From: a virus
Direction: 5' to 3' (one strand)
IMG/VR virus record: IMGVR_UViG_3300012349_000001
Length of the DNA stretch: 60,532 nucleotides
Part shown: piece after piece, positions 60,486 through 60,532 of the stretch
Layout: each line of letters opens with the position of its first letter
How positions within the stretch are numbered: position 1 is the stretch's first letter
Notes under the pieces: generated by a model
Told to the model about the DNA's origin: nothing
What the model saw: the letters and a program-made list of their open reading frames with translations, nothing else
Databases searched by the model: none
Program-made: the position numbers and the translations under genes

Positions 60486-60532
60486 CGGGTACACCTGGGA
60501 ATTGGGCAGGTCCCCTAGGCACCATCGCTATG
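60410..60532. repeat. terminal overlap, copy 2 (identical to 1-123)
   Basis: Exact repeat of bases 1-123. Confidence 0.95.

Noticed and set aside
1-60532. Looked for CRISPR arrays, rRNA genes, a reverse transcriptase (DGR or retron), toxin-antitoxin pairs with recognisable domains, and DNA methyltransferases.
   Set aside because: None was recognisable by eye. Absence cannot be proven without profile searches.

Overview
The window is a complete tailed-phage genome, siphovirus-like and probably temperate. Bases 1-123 are identical to 60410-60532, so the unit is 60409 bp, either circular or terminally redundant, and the window is cut inside the tape measure gene. Modules: (a) + strand late genes 42079-60485, wrapping to 1-7527: small and large terminase, portal, a proteasome-like Ntn hydrolase, a ~2.8 kb block of small genes, scaffold, decoration-like protein, major capsid, connectors, major tail, G/GT chaperone pair, 1353-aa tape measure plus an SLT lysozyme module in the -1 frame, tail tip and fibre genes, amidase endolysin, holin. 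(b) A 14.5 kb - strand accessory arm, 7764-22229. It holds a lipoprotein and membrane proteins, an RHH + TnpB unit, zinc-ribbon repeat proteins, two operons behind an identical 51-bp promoter, a peptide with a canonical double-glycine leader, and a cassette built around a membrane-anchored HerA/FtsK-type ATPase. (c) + strand early genes 22411-40410: two HNH endonucleases, small regulators (RHH, XRE, two LuxR-type, excisionase-type HTH), a Rad52-like protein, an initiator gene with embedded iterons, DnaB helicase, tyrosine integrase, then a tRNA-like remnant. Promoters are strikingly close to TTGACA-N17-TATAAT, often with palindromes in the spacer. Most interesting: the double-glycine peptide locus, the HerA/FtsK cassette, the self-contained RHH-TnpB unit, two paralogous antisense mini-hydrophobic peptides, the proteasome-like head-module protease, and several possible recoding sites or assembly indels. 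All functional calls come from reading motifs by eye; no database search was run.
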